This document shows, one piece after another, positions 43,696 through 58,380 of a DNA stretch of 64,000 bases (position 1 is the first letter of the stretch; each line of letters starts with the position of its first letter). The stretch lies in assembly GCF_009914755.1 (NCBI RefSeq), contig NC_060929.1; one strand, given 5' to 3'. Source of the DNA: the human T2T-CHM13v2.0 reference genome, Homo sapiens. The position numbers were made by a program, and so were the translations under genes. A model generated the notes under the pieces. The model ran no database searches and had not been told where the DNA came from. It saw only the letters and a list, made by a program, of their open reading frames with translations.

Positions 43696-45149
43696 ATAAT
43701 TAAAAGGGCTGAAGGTAGCAGAGCTTAAACACATCGCATCTTTGCCCCTTTTTCTCTTGACTGGAACATTTCTTTGCTTAACCATAAATGTTAAGTGGCA
43801 CAGCAAACTGATTTTCTACAAGGTTCACAGCAGTGGAATTAAGAAAGGAACAAGACAGTATTTGAGGGAAAGAAAACTTACGGGTAAAAACTCACAGTCT
43901 TCTCTCCTGTGTTTTGGTTTATTTTTACTGGACTCAAAGAAACATATCTTCCACTCCCCAAACTGGTAAGTAAAGAAACCGCCTGTTGGTAGAAATGAGT
44001 TAAAGGAAATCTGCAGTAAAAAAGGATGAAAAATGGGAAGTCCAGAGAGGGACATCCTTTAGGCAGGGAGGGAAAGAACTGAAACATAGGGACAAGGACA
44101 AATGGATACACGGCCAAGTCCCTTTGACTTTGTCTGGCTTTGCCGTGACTTCCTTCTCACAAGTCCCCATCCTGTCACAGGAATAGCAGTTTCCCCCATC
44201 CCATCTTCCCATACTTTTTAAAGGCAAAAGTATGAGTGTGTGTTGAGGGACATTTCTAGTTTAGGAGCTTCTGTTATAGCATCTCTGACAGCACCCCAGT
44301 TCTTCCTGAAAGCATACCCTTTTGCTTTTGTCTCTCAATATTAAATGGGCTCTATCTTCCCATTTCAGATCACCCCTTTTTATCCACATATCTCCTTTGC
44401 TCTGACTCTTCCCTCAAAAAAAAAAGTCATAAAGTAAACACAAGTAATAGAAACAAAATCCTAGAATCTCATAGTTGAAGGGTCCTCTTGCATAAGTCCT
44501 GACCCTTCTGTGGCATTTGCTTTTCAAATGGCCCTTGCATCTCACCGTATGATCCAGGACTCACCCCAGCACCGTAAGCGTCAGCATCACCCAGGAGGTT
44601 GTGAGAAATGCAGACTCTCACAATCAAAATCTGCGTTTTAACAAGCTCAATCCCCAGGGTATTCGTTTATGCACATTCAAGTTTGAGAAGCACTGACCTG
44701 GGCCACCTAGATACCAGCCCATTGTTTTTAGTGAGGCACAGTGATCTTTTCAAAAATGCAAGTCTTATCATGCCACTCCCTGCTCAAAACCAGGCAATGG
44801 TTTCCCAGGATGGTTCTCAAGATATGCAGTGGGAAACTCTCTCATGTGGCCTTCAAGGCCAGAGTGATCTTCTCTTGGACCAGCAGGCTTCCTCGCACGC
44901 CTCCTGCCTGCCAGTCACGTCAAGGAGCCTCCTTCAGTTCTTCAAATGTGCAGTGTTCCTTCACATGGGATATTATTCCTTTTCTCCCTCCACCTTCAAG
45001 ATCACCTCCTTAGGTGATCACCTCCATCTTAAAAAACAAACAAACCACCTCTAGAATCTCCCATCCTGTTTCTCTGCTCCTCCTTGCCAACCCTCCATTT
45101 AGAGCCAAGCTGCTTTAAAAAGTCATGGGAAACTCCCTCCTCTGTCCCC

Positions 45150-46500
45150 AACTTCCTATTTACCTTAAACATCCCTAGTATGATTTCCATCTCTCTAGGG
45201 AAGGTCACGGCTTCCATGCTGTCAAATGCACTGACACTTTGCTATTCTCATCTTTCTTGACCTGTCAGCATTAGTTGAGACAATAGTCCCCTCCTTTCTG
45301 GAAACGGTCACCTCTCTTGGCTTTGTGAGACCACCTCTCTCCTCATTTTTCTCCTAACACTCTGACATCCTCTTAGTCTTCCTTTGCAACTCCTCCTCCT
45401 TCCCAATTTGACCTTTCAATAGTCAAATGGAACTAAATATTTAATAGGACCCTCCCTCTGCCCTCTCAGCCTCTCAGTTGGTCTCTCATACATGCTTACA
45501 GCTTCAAACACCATCTACATGCTGCTGTGAATCCCCGCCATACTCCAGCCTCCTATTTAATGGCCCACTCAATGTCTACATTAGATGTCTCATGGAATTC
45601 TAAAGAGAAATTCTTGAATTCCCCTGCCTGACGTGTTCCTCCTCAGACTCTCTCCTCAGTGAACTGCACTCTGCTGACTGAAACATCTCATCAGGCGCTG
45701 AAGCCAGATTTCTTGCTTTCCCTGATGTCCCACATCAATTCATCACCAGGTCTTGAGTCTCTGTGCTCAAAGTATTTCCCCATGCTATAAACTAAATGTT
45801 TGCGTCCCTCCAGAATTTGTGTGTTGAGACCTAACTCTCAAGATGATGGTATTTGGAGGTGGGATCTTTGGAGAAGTGATTAGGTCAAGAGGATGGAGCC
45901 CTCATAAATGGAATTAGTGTCTTACCAAAGCAGCTGCTGAGAGCTCCCTCTCCCCTTCTGCCATCTGAAGACAATACTTCTCTGTAAAACCCCTCAGAAA
46001 TACCCTATTTCAGTTAAAATAAAAAACAAACTCTTTGTTATGGCCAATAAAATCCCCAAATGGGTTGGTCCCTGATGACATCCCCCAGCTTCAACTTTGC
46101 TTGCTTTGACTCTGACCCACTCTGATCTAGCAATAACAGCTACAGAACCTGCCAGATTCTCTCTGCTTTAGAAACTTGCACATGTGCTTCCTTCTACCTA
46201 CTCAGATCTTCATAAAATTATCTTTCCTCTTATATTATCTCCCAGTTTCTCACGTAATTGGCTTCTTCTCATCCTCCAGATCTTAGCTTAAATGTCACCT
46301 CCTTGATGAGGTTCTCATCTGTTTTCTATTCCAGTCCTCTCCTTATTTCTTCAAAGCAGTTTACATTAAGTAATTTTTTTTATTTACCTGTGTACTTGCA
46401 TCATTGTCTGAGCAGGATTATATCTATTTCATTCACTCCTGCACCCCTAGTGACATGTGCATAGAGACGTTCAATATATATTTGTTGAATGAATGAACTG
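45150..46500 (+). mobile_element. L2 fragments
   Basis: Pyrimidine-rich L2-like sequence ending ATATTTGTTGAATGAATGAA near 46480-46496; boundaries approximate. Confidence 0.6.
45783..45975. mobile_element. MaLR LTR fragment (MLT1A/MST-like) within L2 sequence
   Basis: TGCTATAAACTAAATGTTTG...GGTATTTGGAGGTGGG...GGAGCCCTCATAAATGGAATTAGTG. Confidence 0.7.
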
Positions 46501-46756
46501 TCTAAGAGTACCATAGCATTCTGCCAATTACCAATTGCTTTAACACTCTGACCATGCTTTGTATTCCTGCTTTCCTTGCTAAGTTAAAAAAAAGAAAAAA
46601 GAAAAAAAAAGGATCACCACCCTTAGCCAGTTGAAGGAATTAGCAGCTGTAAGAACAGATTACCGGTGATAAAATGACTAAATTTAGGCTAATGCTGCTA
46701 AAAATAAAGAGGAAGAAAACCCTTCCACTCAACTGTTTTTAAGAAAGGTTGGGGGA

Positions 46757-47378
<622 letters not shown>

Positions 47379-48235
47379 ATAAATTACTTTTCTGACTTTG
47401 CTCCCACACAGAAGGTTCCTAGTAAATGGTTACCAAAATTTAGACAGACAACACAGTGTTGGATTTAGGTTAGAGTGAATCCAAAATGAGTACGACCACT
47501 GATTTCTGGGATTCCATTGCATATAGGTGACCCAAATAGAGAAAAATGTGAATTATATCTTTAGGGAATAATTTAATTTCAATAAGGCAGTCCTCCAGTG
47601 TTACGGGAAGAAAGTTAGAGTCAGAGAACCTTGGTCCTAGTTGAGAAGTCAGCATGCTATGTCATTTTCCACATTATACTTAAAATTCTCTGAGTTCTCA
47701 TTTATTTCCAAGTAAGAATACATAAGAACTGCCTTTCCATCCTCCAGAGTTGTGGAAATCTCTAATGAAATCATACACTTGCCTTGTACTCAGAAACATA
47801 AAAAGCCTTAACACAAATGTATCGGCAATTTTAAAGTATTAAGTGGAGGACATTTTAGGAAAATTCCAAATAAGAAATATTGCTTTGTGGAATTCTTAAA
47901 ATAGGTTTAAATCTTTCTTTCACTCTTTATAGTATACTTGTGAAGTGTATGGTGACCTGCACCTGAAGACGGAGGTGCAGCAGCTCTGCCATTCATTAAT
48001 CCCAGGGCGAGCCACTTTCCGCTGTTCCTCCCACTTTGTATGCCACTGCACCTGCCTGTTCTCTCTCTAGTCTTGTAGCTGAGAGTTCAGGCCATGGTAG
48101 GAGCCTGCATGGGCAGACCCACAGACCTGCCAAGAGCAAGAGTAGGCTGCAGGCCAGCACTGGGTCTTCCATTTCTCCTCCCCTTAAAGTGTGTCCTTCT
48201 TAAAATAAGACCAGTTTTCACAGACTCACCACTTT

Positions 48236-49980
48236 GTTTCTTGTGGAAAATAGAATGCATTTAAGTTTTAGCAACAATAAAACAAGAAGGGAACACTCTT
48301 ATACCCTAAAGACATACCCCATTTTCTTTGTTGTCTTGGTGTCTAAAGCTAATTTTCTAATGTGGACACATAGTCCATATTTAGAAGTAAAATCAGCAGG
48401 CATTTTGGAAGTTGTCAGTTGGAAATGGAGAGAAGAGGGCAGGGATTTTTCAGCCTGTGCTGTCAGCCTCCTGTTCTCTCTTACCAAGGAGCAGTAACTC
48501 AGAGTCCTTTGTCCTTGACGGTAGATCAGCCCTGTAAAACATCGCCACCTTCAGTTAAAATGTGTGCGTGCTGCACGGCCAGAAGCCATACTGAGCCTGC
48601 TCACAGCTCTGCCCTGTTCCAGAGCATCTCAAATGGTGAGCCTTTCACTGTCCCTTGAAATGTATCTCTCCCTACATTTCCTCAAGAAAGGGAGGGAAAG
48701 AAGGAAAGGAAACCTGGTAAATGGACCTGGAATGAACACAAAACTTAATCCACTCCCGAGGTTTTGCTAGTGTCGAAGTGAAGGTCAGCATACTTTATAG
48801 ATGACACAATAATGCGAAGACCACGTAACTTTCTGCACCCCACCAATTGCTGTTCTATGGAAACTGTACTTTTGAAGCCCAAAGGTTTAAAGTTGTCAAA
48901 ATATTGAGTCTGATTTCGTGATGGAATATGCCTCTTTGGTGAAGTATCTTTTCTATCCAGGGTAGTAGGGCTTGAGTATTTCAATGAGTTGTCACTAAAA
49001 CAAAGAAATGGGTGCAAATAGGGTGCAAAGTTATGTGAGCAGGTCTTGACAATTCTGGGCAGAGCTGGGAATAATAAAACATGAATCGGACACATTCAAC
49101 GACAGCTGCTTGATATCAGTAGCCACTTAAAGACAGAAAGTTTAGAACCCAAATCAATGACGCTTTCCCCACAGTGTTTTAATGCCCTAATGTGGATAGA
49201 TCGTTGGCTGGCATTTCTATAATAAACAAGCCTTCTGTCCTCCTTCCTCAGCCTCACATTACCCTTACTAGAGGGTCTGTAGCATCATTGAAAAGGATGA
49301 GCAAGCAGCCAGAAGGGAGCATCCCAGAAACACTCATTCCTCACACACACTTTTGCTTTTCCCAAGACAGTGCCCCATCACAATTCTCCAAATCCAGAGT
49401 TGACTCAGCCTTAACTTTGATCAGGTCATGGTCTCATCTCTCAGGACAGCACAGAAGAGCACCCAGCAAGTCGTCCTCACTCAGACTCCATGCCTTCTTC
49501 CTACTGTCAGAACATGGGATAAGCCACCTGTCATCATTTCTTACAGAGCCTGAGGTGTCTGCAGTAAGTGGGTGCAGTACAGACTTCACCTTACATAGGA
49601 CTAACCAAACTCCTGACTCTAGCATTAATACTCCCAATCATTCATAATGCCCCTCCTTTTGCTGTGAAAATGGAAAGAAATGGAATGTTGGAGAACTTCA
49701 AAAGTATGTCCTTGAAGGCGCCTAGGTTTCCAGTAGCTATGGATGTGAGGTATATTGTTGTGTACATTTGAAGGCAATTATAGCTAAAGCTGACCCCTTT
49801 TTTCCTCATGGAAAATAAAATCCATTTAACTTTTAATGAAAAACAGTAGGGGAACACTACTTTATCCTAAATCATACCGCTTTTCTTTCTATTCTTGATG
49901 TCTCAAGCTAATTTTCTAATACGGACACATAACTTTCTATTTAGAGGTAAAATAAATAGGCATTTTGGGAGCCAGCATTG
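48236..49980 (+). repeat. Diverged direct duplication of ~180 bp (48236-48420 and 49798-49980)
   Basis: Shared colinear blocks: TGGAAAATA.AAT.CATTTAA.TTTTA, GGGAACACT, AAGCTAATTTTCTAAT..GGACACATA, TATTTAGA.GTAAAAT, AGGCATTTTGG. Confidence 0.85.
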
Positions 49981-52900
49981 ACGTTTGGTCCTGAAAATTG
50001 AATCCACTGTTGCAACAGCAAACTGTCCATTATCTTCCTAAGAAAATACTAATTTATCAGTCTTAGGAGCCAAAGAGTTGCTCTGTGTCAGCAATCAGCA
50101 TAGCCTCATAATTATAAATTTGTGAGGATCTGGTGAAAGACATAGATCCAGAGAAATTATAGTGTTTCATAGTGAGTCATTCAGAATAAAGAGCTCTGTT
50201 ATTTGTAGACATTCCATACAGTCATAGAAATTTAGGGGTGGATCGGGTTTTAGCAATCTTATAGTCTAACCCGTTCATTTTACAGATGAGGAAACTGAGG
50301 AATGTTTTGTAGGAAATAGATGAAAGTGTTTTAATATGCAGCACATCTTGTCTAAACATTTTCAAGAGCTTACTAACACTATCTTTGAAAGTATTTGGCA
50401 CAATTAGTGTGCCCGAAATGTGGCAAGGTGACTTCATTGTGTCAGAATTCATATTTATTTACTATACTTTTCTTCTTTGGTTTTGGCATCTTCCTTCCCT
50501 CCTTCCTCCTTCCTCCTTCCTTCCTTCCCTCCTTTCTTCCTTCCATTCTGCCTTTCTACCTTCCCCCTTCCTCCTTCCCTCCCCACCTCCCCTTTTATTC
50601 ATTCATCCATTCATTGAAAGATTAAGTCATTGGTCCCCAGTATCTTCAAGGCACTCTGCTAGACAAAGGGCTGGTTATAAACACAAGTTGGTTCTCAGGC
50701 TATCTTTGCCCTTGAGGGGTTCTCAGGAGGGAAGGTGAAACAGGTATATGAGTGAAGAGTTGTAACAGAATTTCAAAAATGCCCAACTCTAGGTATGTGC
50801 AGGTATTATCAGGGCACTGGGAAGCAAGGAGCAATTATTCCCTAGGAGAGTCACAGGAACTGCACAAAGGAGGTAACCCCTGAGTGTAATCTTGTGAGAT
50901 GAGCCTGAGTCTCAGGCAGAGAAGACAGCCAAGAGCATTGTAGGAAAGTAAGAATAAGCTTAAATGCAGGGAGAGTATGGTATATCCAGAAAGGATGAAT
51001 TTAGCAGTGGAGCTGCAGGGAAAAATTAGTGATTTGGGAATCATGAGTGCTGAGATGATAAGGCAAATTAGAAAACAAATACAAGAGCTGCTACATACCA
51101 TGCTAAAGAATTTAGCTGTTATCCTGGAAGCCAAAGTTTCACAAACCTAGTAATTTAAGTATCATTTCCACAACATGTGTTATATCCCAAGTCTACCTCT
51201 GTTATTTTTGCTTTACCTGTATTGCACCTGTACTATGTTTATTTAATATATTTTTCTAAAACACCTGACTTTCAAACATATTTGTTTTTAAAGGAAACTT
51301 CATGTCACTATGGTTGTAAATAGAAAGCCATGGTCACTTGCAATAAATTCAAGTTCATCATTAAAATGAATGTGATAAATTGAACATAAAACATTCCTTT
51401 CATTATTTGCTTATGAACGTCTCTGAGCCTGAGGCCTGAGGTCTCATTTTTCGAATAGGGAATTGTAAGTTTTGGAAAGGAGTTAAATTCATTCTAGCAC
51501 CAAAATGAGTCTCCTTATATTAATTAGTAAGAAAAAAGAGAATTTGAAAGGCCAATAGCATTCTCACTCTGTAAATCAGGGGTATTTAGCATGGTTCCTG
51601 TGTGCCTCTTAGATATTGCAGGGATATGCACCCACATATGGGGAAATATTGTTTAGTACAGGGCTACCTGAAATATTTGAGTGGATTTTGGGTGACAAAG
51701 TCAGACTTACTGAAGAAGGTTAACTCAGGACTGAAAAAAGAGACCAGGGGAAGCCAGGAAAACCTTGCAGAGACTGTGGGAGAGGATGCCAGTGTGGTCC
51801 AGCCAGTTTAGTGATGATGAAGAGGGCCCAGATTTCAGAGGGATTGAGGATAAGGACACAGCAGGACTTGGTGCCTGAGCGATGAAGGGCAGGGGTCAAG
51901 GAAGGAGAAGGGTCAAGGAAAGAGAATAGTCAAGGATGCCTTGGAGATAGATTGCTTAGGAGACTGCATAAGTGTTCATGTCACCATGTAGGCCACGATC
52001 ACAAGGGATATGTTTTGGGAAGGGGAGTAGCATCTGGATGTGTTAGGGGAAAAGGGGAAGGGGAGGGAGTGGGCAAAGGTGGAGAGAGATGAGGCATTTG
52101 GATCAGACCAGGCCACCTATCAGGAATCCTTGCACATTCTAAGACTGCACCACATGTTTGTTCAATCAATAGATGGGTGTGGACAGTCAGCAGGCAAATA
52201 CTTTGCTAAAGCTAAGTGGCATTCCAAGTGTCAGCTAGATCCGAAGAGATAATTGTGGCCTATACATCAGCAGCAAATACATGTCTGTTTACTTACTGAC
52301 CATTTTAGAAAATCTGTGGTGTAATCAGATAGGCAGGTTTAAGGCTTATTAGGCATGTTTACTTCTGTAAGATGTTAAAAATGAGCCCATTCAACCAAAA
52401 AGTCATTATGAATCTACTTATGTAAAGCAATTTTCTGGGTTCTTTAAGGGATAGAGAGATAAATTAGACACAGACTCTGCTCTCATGGAACTTGTACAAA
52501 TCTAAAATAGATAAAATTTGGGGGGATTTAAATTTTGCTGACATGTAAAGAATTTATTCATAATTTCCAAAAAGCAAATTTAGCCTCAAAATTTTTCTAG
52601 TAACAAAATAAGTCTAAACTTTGTTTCCATGTATGGTAAGAAATTTATTATTATATTGCAATAAAATAAAAGTATGAGTGAAATTTTTGATAGATTTAAA
52701 TAATTGCGAGTGAAAATCTTACTAGTCATTAATAGCCCCTCTTCTGTGTTATTCTTAAAATACATGATTACAGAGCTTAGCAGCAATAAAGGAATTGAAT
52801 TTTGTCTTTTGTATATAGCACAAAGTTGCCCTTCTTCCCATCCAGGTGTATGATATAGCAATACATTGGAGACTTTTAATGAAAACCTGTGAAATAATCC

Positions 52901-55716
52901 ATTTTTCATTCCTGGGATGTCTTTTCTTGGCAATCAAGACATAGACGAGAAAACACAGATCTCACTCACAGCCTCAAAAAGAGCCATAGGTTTGAAGAAG
53001 GAGAGGGACAACAAGCCAAAATGTTGGCACTCCTTCTTCAGTTTCTAGATCCTTCTGTGAAAAGACGTGTTTTCGTAAGACCCAGACAGAATTCATTTCC
53101 ATAGAGCGTTTTTAATGGCTCCTGTCAGAACAAAACAGCTGGGAAACATATGGTATCCATTTCCCTGTATCACTTGGAAAAAATTTCACATGTAAATAAA
53201 GCCAACATAAAAGAGTAGCCCTTTGAACCTACGACCTTATATAATACATAAATATATTGGTACAATGCACTCGTTGTATTGACCTACTAAGTTATGTGGC
53301 TTTAAAATTTTTTATTACATTCTGAGATGCACATTTTCTAGAGCTTCCAAAGAAATCAAGGTAATTGGCAAAATATTACTAAATATACTCAGTAATAAGA
53401 GTGTATCTCAGAAATGTCTATGAGTATATATATATTTTTTTTTCCATTTTATTTAAAGCCTTGCCGAAAGTTGATGAATAAAATTAAAGGCATATTTGCA
53501 TCTTATAAACTCTATGTCCACTATCTGCTGTTTTAATTAAATAAGTAACCATGTGTTCTTGAGGAGAGAAGACTTGGCAGAAATTTCTGGCAGTCATTAA
53601 TTTTTCATGGCTTTATATTTTTAGAGAGAAAAGTTCATATAAAAGATAGAAAACTTCTTAAATTTATGAGACCAACTGTAATTAGTCTTTGCCTTTGCAT
53701 ATTTACATTTCATAAATAACTTTAGCAAATTGATCTCTTACTGGTGATTATCACTCCACTGAGTTTATAACAGGATTTTGTCCCCTGTGAAATTAAACTG
53801 TAAATCCCTCAGAAGGATGCACTTTGTGCATTTTAGAAGATTTAATGTGTTGTGCAAAGTGAGATTCAAATTCACATACTAGCATTTGTTAATTGTCTGA
53901 TCTATGCCAAGCACTGTGTACAACTGAGAACTAAAGCCAGCAAAAGGGAAGAAAAGCAGCAGCCTAAGACCATCTAGATACCTTCCTTCCCTTCTGGAAC
54001 ATTCTCTTCTACATTACTTATTGGAGAGAATCGAGCCCTCCTTCCACAGCTCGTAGTATTCTCTTCTTAGATTCTAAAATGTCAGAGCCAGAAAGGTCTG
54101 AGAAGTGGACTGCATAGTGCAGACCCTTGGAAACCTCATGCAAAACTGTGGTCAATTTCAGGGAAAGAACTCACTGATAGTTATATAGCATTCAGGCTCA
54201 GAGCACTCACTCTCATCCCGTTAGCTTGGTTCCAGAACTTCTCTGAATCCTTTTAGAACATATCCCAGCAGGAAGAAGAATGACCAGTAGCTTAAATTTA
54301 GGGAACTTTAATAATGTATGTTCCACTTTCACCCTAAGAATCAGTCATAGCCAGAGGCTATGGCAGAAGTTATAGATGTGAGTATACACCCATCTCATGT
54401 TCTTTTTTTCTTTGGTTGTTCCCAGTAGCAAAGAACACACACATACACATGCTTCCCACTTGTTTCAGAAGAGAAGCGGTAAATGGAAAGTCCCTAGTTG
54501 TAGGGCATGCCCCCTGAAATCTCATCCTTTGATGGGGGATGATAGGAACTACATGGCAGGGAACTAGGAACCCATAAATCAGTGGCCTGCAAGTTTCCAA
54601 GGGTACTGGGTCATCTTTTATCTAGCAGTGGAGTGGCCCAGGGAGGAAGCAGTATAATCATATCTGAGGAGACTGTTATTGCTCCATCTGCTTGCCTCAA
54701 GAGAAGGCACCAGGCAGCCTCTCATAACCAGGAGAGATGGCTCTTATCTTTCACCTCCAGGTGTGTCTGGCTGTTTCACTTTCTACTCTATCGCAACCAG
54801 ACACTTACTCAAATGCAAACCAACACACAATCTTTATCCAAACTTTGCACAGAAATTAGAAAAAAAAAAAAAAAAAACCACTCTGCCTGACCCATTTTCT
54901 TTTCAGAACTTTCTTCTCCTGTTTGTTTCCAGCCTTCTCAACAATGGAGGGCAGTATTGAATCCTAAAGAACATGTTCTGTTGTGAAGTGTTAGTGCATT
55001 CTGTCACTGTGTCATATGTCAGAAAGCACCATGAAATGTTGCTGCATGATAGTTGACCAGGGTACTTTGACCAAGGTGGGGTTAACTCAACTATGTCTTC
55101 TCTCCCACAGTCCTTTCAACTCCTGAGCACTGTATTCCTTCCTATTCTTTCCCTAATCCACTTAATGGCACACCTAGGGAGTCACTCAAGGAGGTCATAG
55201 TTTGAATTTGCTCAATATTAAATAATTTGCCACTTCTTTTCATGGGACTTCTTGTGCATTAGGGGTGTATGTGGACATGCACGCTAATGTGTGTGCATGT
55301 GTGCATACGTCCCTTTTCTCCCTAAATCAGTTTGGAAGTTTATTTAACACTGAAGATCTTATTCTCTAATCTTGTTTTTCAGGGTGGTGACAAATATAAA
55401 AATATTGCCAGGGAGGTAGATCTATCCAGGGAATAAACCTAAATACCTATCTGGGTTTGCTTCCTTAGCCATTTACCTGTACCATTATTATTACTTTAAT
55501 TAATTTTGAGTCACTGTGTTATAACCTTCTTTGATCATTCACTGTTTTCCAATGGTAAGTATGATTTTTTTTGTTCTATTGATGTGCACTCTAAGTCATC
55601 CTCACACACAGAACCTTAATTTGAACATAATGTGAATGAACCACATCTACCTGCATAGCCAAGATGTGTTCAGCATTCCAGATTAATAGCTTTCTATTTT
55701 AATTTTTTAAAAACAG

Positions 55717-56588
55717 TTTCTAGCTCTAGCTGGAATTGTGGCATCTCAACTCTTATTACAAACACGCAAAAGCCCACAGGAATCGCTGATGTGTACAGTA
55801 AGTTCCGCCCAGTGAAGCGGGTTTCGCCACTGAAACATCAGCCAGAGACTCTGGAGAACAATGAAAGTGATGACCAAAAGAACCAGAAAGTGGTTGAGTA
55901 CCAGAAAGGGGGTGAGTCTGACCTGGGCCCCCAGCCTCAGGAGCTTGGCCCTGGAGATGGAGTGGGCGGCCCACCAGGTAAGAGCTCTGAGCCCAGCACA
56001 TCGCTGGGTGAACTGGAGCACTACGACCTCGACATGGATGAGATTCTGGATGTGCCTTATATTAAATCCAGTCAGCAGCTTGCCTCTTTTACCAAGGTGA
56101 CTTCAGAAAAAAGAATTTTGGGCTTATGCACAACCATCAATGGCCTTTCTGGCAAAGCCTGCTCTACAGGAAGTTCTGAGAGCTCATCATCCAACATGGC
56201 ACCATTTTGTGTTCTTTCTCCCGTGAAAAGCCCTCACTTGAGAAAAGCATCAGCTGTCATCCACGACCAGCACAAGCTGTCCACTGAAGAAACCGAGATC
56301 TCACCTCCTCTGGTTAAATGTGGCTCTGCATATGAGCCTGAAAACCAGAGTAAAGACTTCCTAAACAAGACATTTAGTGATCCTCATGGTCGAAAAGTTG
56401 AGAAGACAACACCAGACTGCCAGCTCAGGGCCTTCCACCTACAATCCTCAGCAGCAGAATCCAAACCAGAAGAGCAGGTCAGTGGCCTAAACCGGACCAG
56501 CTCCCAAGGCCCAGAAGAAAGGAGTGAGTATCTGAAAAAAGTGAAAAGCATCTTGAACATTGTTAAAGAAGGACAGATCTCTCTCCTG
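55717..56588 (+). CDS. SNCAIP: Synphilin-1 large exon (872 nt, aa 44-334)
   Basis: AACAG acceptor; CTG|GTAAGT donor. Reads VSSSSWNCGIST...KEGQISLL and overlaps ORF 55791-56603. Contains RPVKRVSP (SIAH-type VxP degron) and the S211-P/S215-P sites. Confidence 0.97.
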
Positions 56589-58200
56589 GTAAGTATAATC
56601 TAGTTCAGTATACATGTCAATAGACTGGAGACTCCTTTTTAATAAACTGCATTCGTTAGTAACAGAACGATGCTGCATTTGTTTTGGTTTTTACTTAATC
56701 TTTACTTGTGGCTTTAGTTGGGAGATGTGACCTTTTGAGTTTTAAAATAAGAAGTTATGAAGTTAATACAGGGAAAACAAATAACTATAGAGGGAGTGTT
56801 ATTTCATTTTAACTTTGCATGAATTCAACTGAAGACTCTTAATCTCAAAGAGAGCCCGGCACTTTCTTTAACTTGAATCTCAATGTCTTTCTTTTTGCTT
56901 TTCAAATGGTTCCCAGTGCTCTCACGCAGCTATTTGTGAGGATGTCAATTCTTGGCTGATGGTGGACCTGCCAGACATGTAAACAGAGGGTCTTCTGTTT
57001 TGTCCTGATCATTATTCAGAAGAATTGGACCAGGTTGTTTGAAAAGCATTTGTAGATAGAAGCTTACCCAAGGGCTTCATTGCCCTCTGACCCAGGTGGA
57101 GTTTTTACTTACTTCCAGCTCTGCATGTCTAGGGAGCATGAAGAAGCTTTTCCAAAGACTCTAGACACAGAGTAACATGATGTAAGAAAAGTCTGTTCTG
57201 CTTTGGCTTAGAGAGAGCTAAACTTAAATAGCACTCCATCTGCCTACATTGTTCTTTTCTGGCTTCCAGACTTGGATCAAACAGTAGCAAGCCTGGGCTC
57301 GTACTATGATGCTAATTAAAGTCTCATTCAAGAAAATCATCACATCTTGGCAATGTGATTCTACTTAGTATAAAGCCATGCATACTTAAGTACAATGTAC
57401 TTGCTCTATTATCACAAATACTATTGTGATAGGGTAATATAATTGAATAATTTTATGAAATAAAGTAGTATTTTTTCTCCTGAAAATGTCTTTTCCATTT
57501 TCCTGGCTCTTCCCCCTAATTCTCTTTGGTTCATTCCTTTCTTTTGTCCTTCTCATGTTTTCATGTTTCCCAAATGCTAAAAACACCTCTTAGCTCACCC
57601 AACAATCTCTATCAACGAGTTCATAGTCAAGGGACAAAAACTTCACTAGAGATGAGAAACCAAAGCCATGTAGCCTCCAGATACCCCCAGGAGTTTGTTT
57701 GATGACAGTGTCTAGAGGTACCTATGAGAGCACTAGTAGCAGCAGTCATCATGTTGTTTGCCATAGCCAGTTCTCTACAATTCAAGGCAAAATAAACAGG
57801 TAGAGACAAATAGCTCATTCATTCAACAAACATAGAACAGGGAATAAAACCCAGCCCCAGCCCTCAAGGACTTCACAATCAAGTAGGGGAGACAGACAGG
57901 GAACCTGACAATTACTGTAAATGTAATTATAGTTCTTTAGAAAGCCAACTTGAAGCCTCCACACCTCATTGGCCCTAGCCCTGTTGCCATGTCTCGTATG
58001 AAGATCTGTCTCTCGAGAACTCATTTTCTAAAGCATATTGTAACAAAGAATAATAGCAAGAAACTGATTTATTAGATCCCCAAGGCTGCCACCAGAGCTT
58101 CTATAAGCTCATTTCTTCTTTCCAGTGCCCAGAGAAAAACTCCTACAGGGTCTTGCTCTGATTTATTGACTTGGATTTTCTAATCTTACTATTTATACAG

Positions 58201-58380
58201 CCACACCTAGCTGCAGACAATCTAGACAAAATTCACGACGAAAATGGAAACAATCTATTACATATTGCGGCGTCACAGGGACACGCAGAGTGTCTACAGC
58301 ACCTCACTTCTTTGATGGGAGAAGACTGCCTCAATGAGCGCAACACTGAGAAGTTGACTCCAGCAGGCCTGGCCATTAAG
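58201..58380 (+). CDS. SNCAIP: Synphilin-1 exon with first ankyrin repeat(s) (aa 335-394)
   Basis: TACAG acceptor; AAG|GTGACT donor; 180 nt. PHLAADNLDKIHDENGNNLLHIAASQGHAECLQHL carries an ankyrin motif. Confidence 0.96.

Noticed and set aside
44608-45054. 148-aa ORF
   Set aside because: It runs through MER5-like and L2-like repeat sequence and has no protein-like features.
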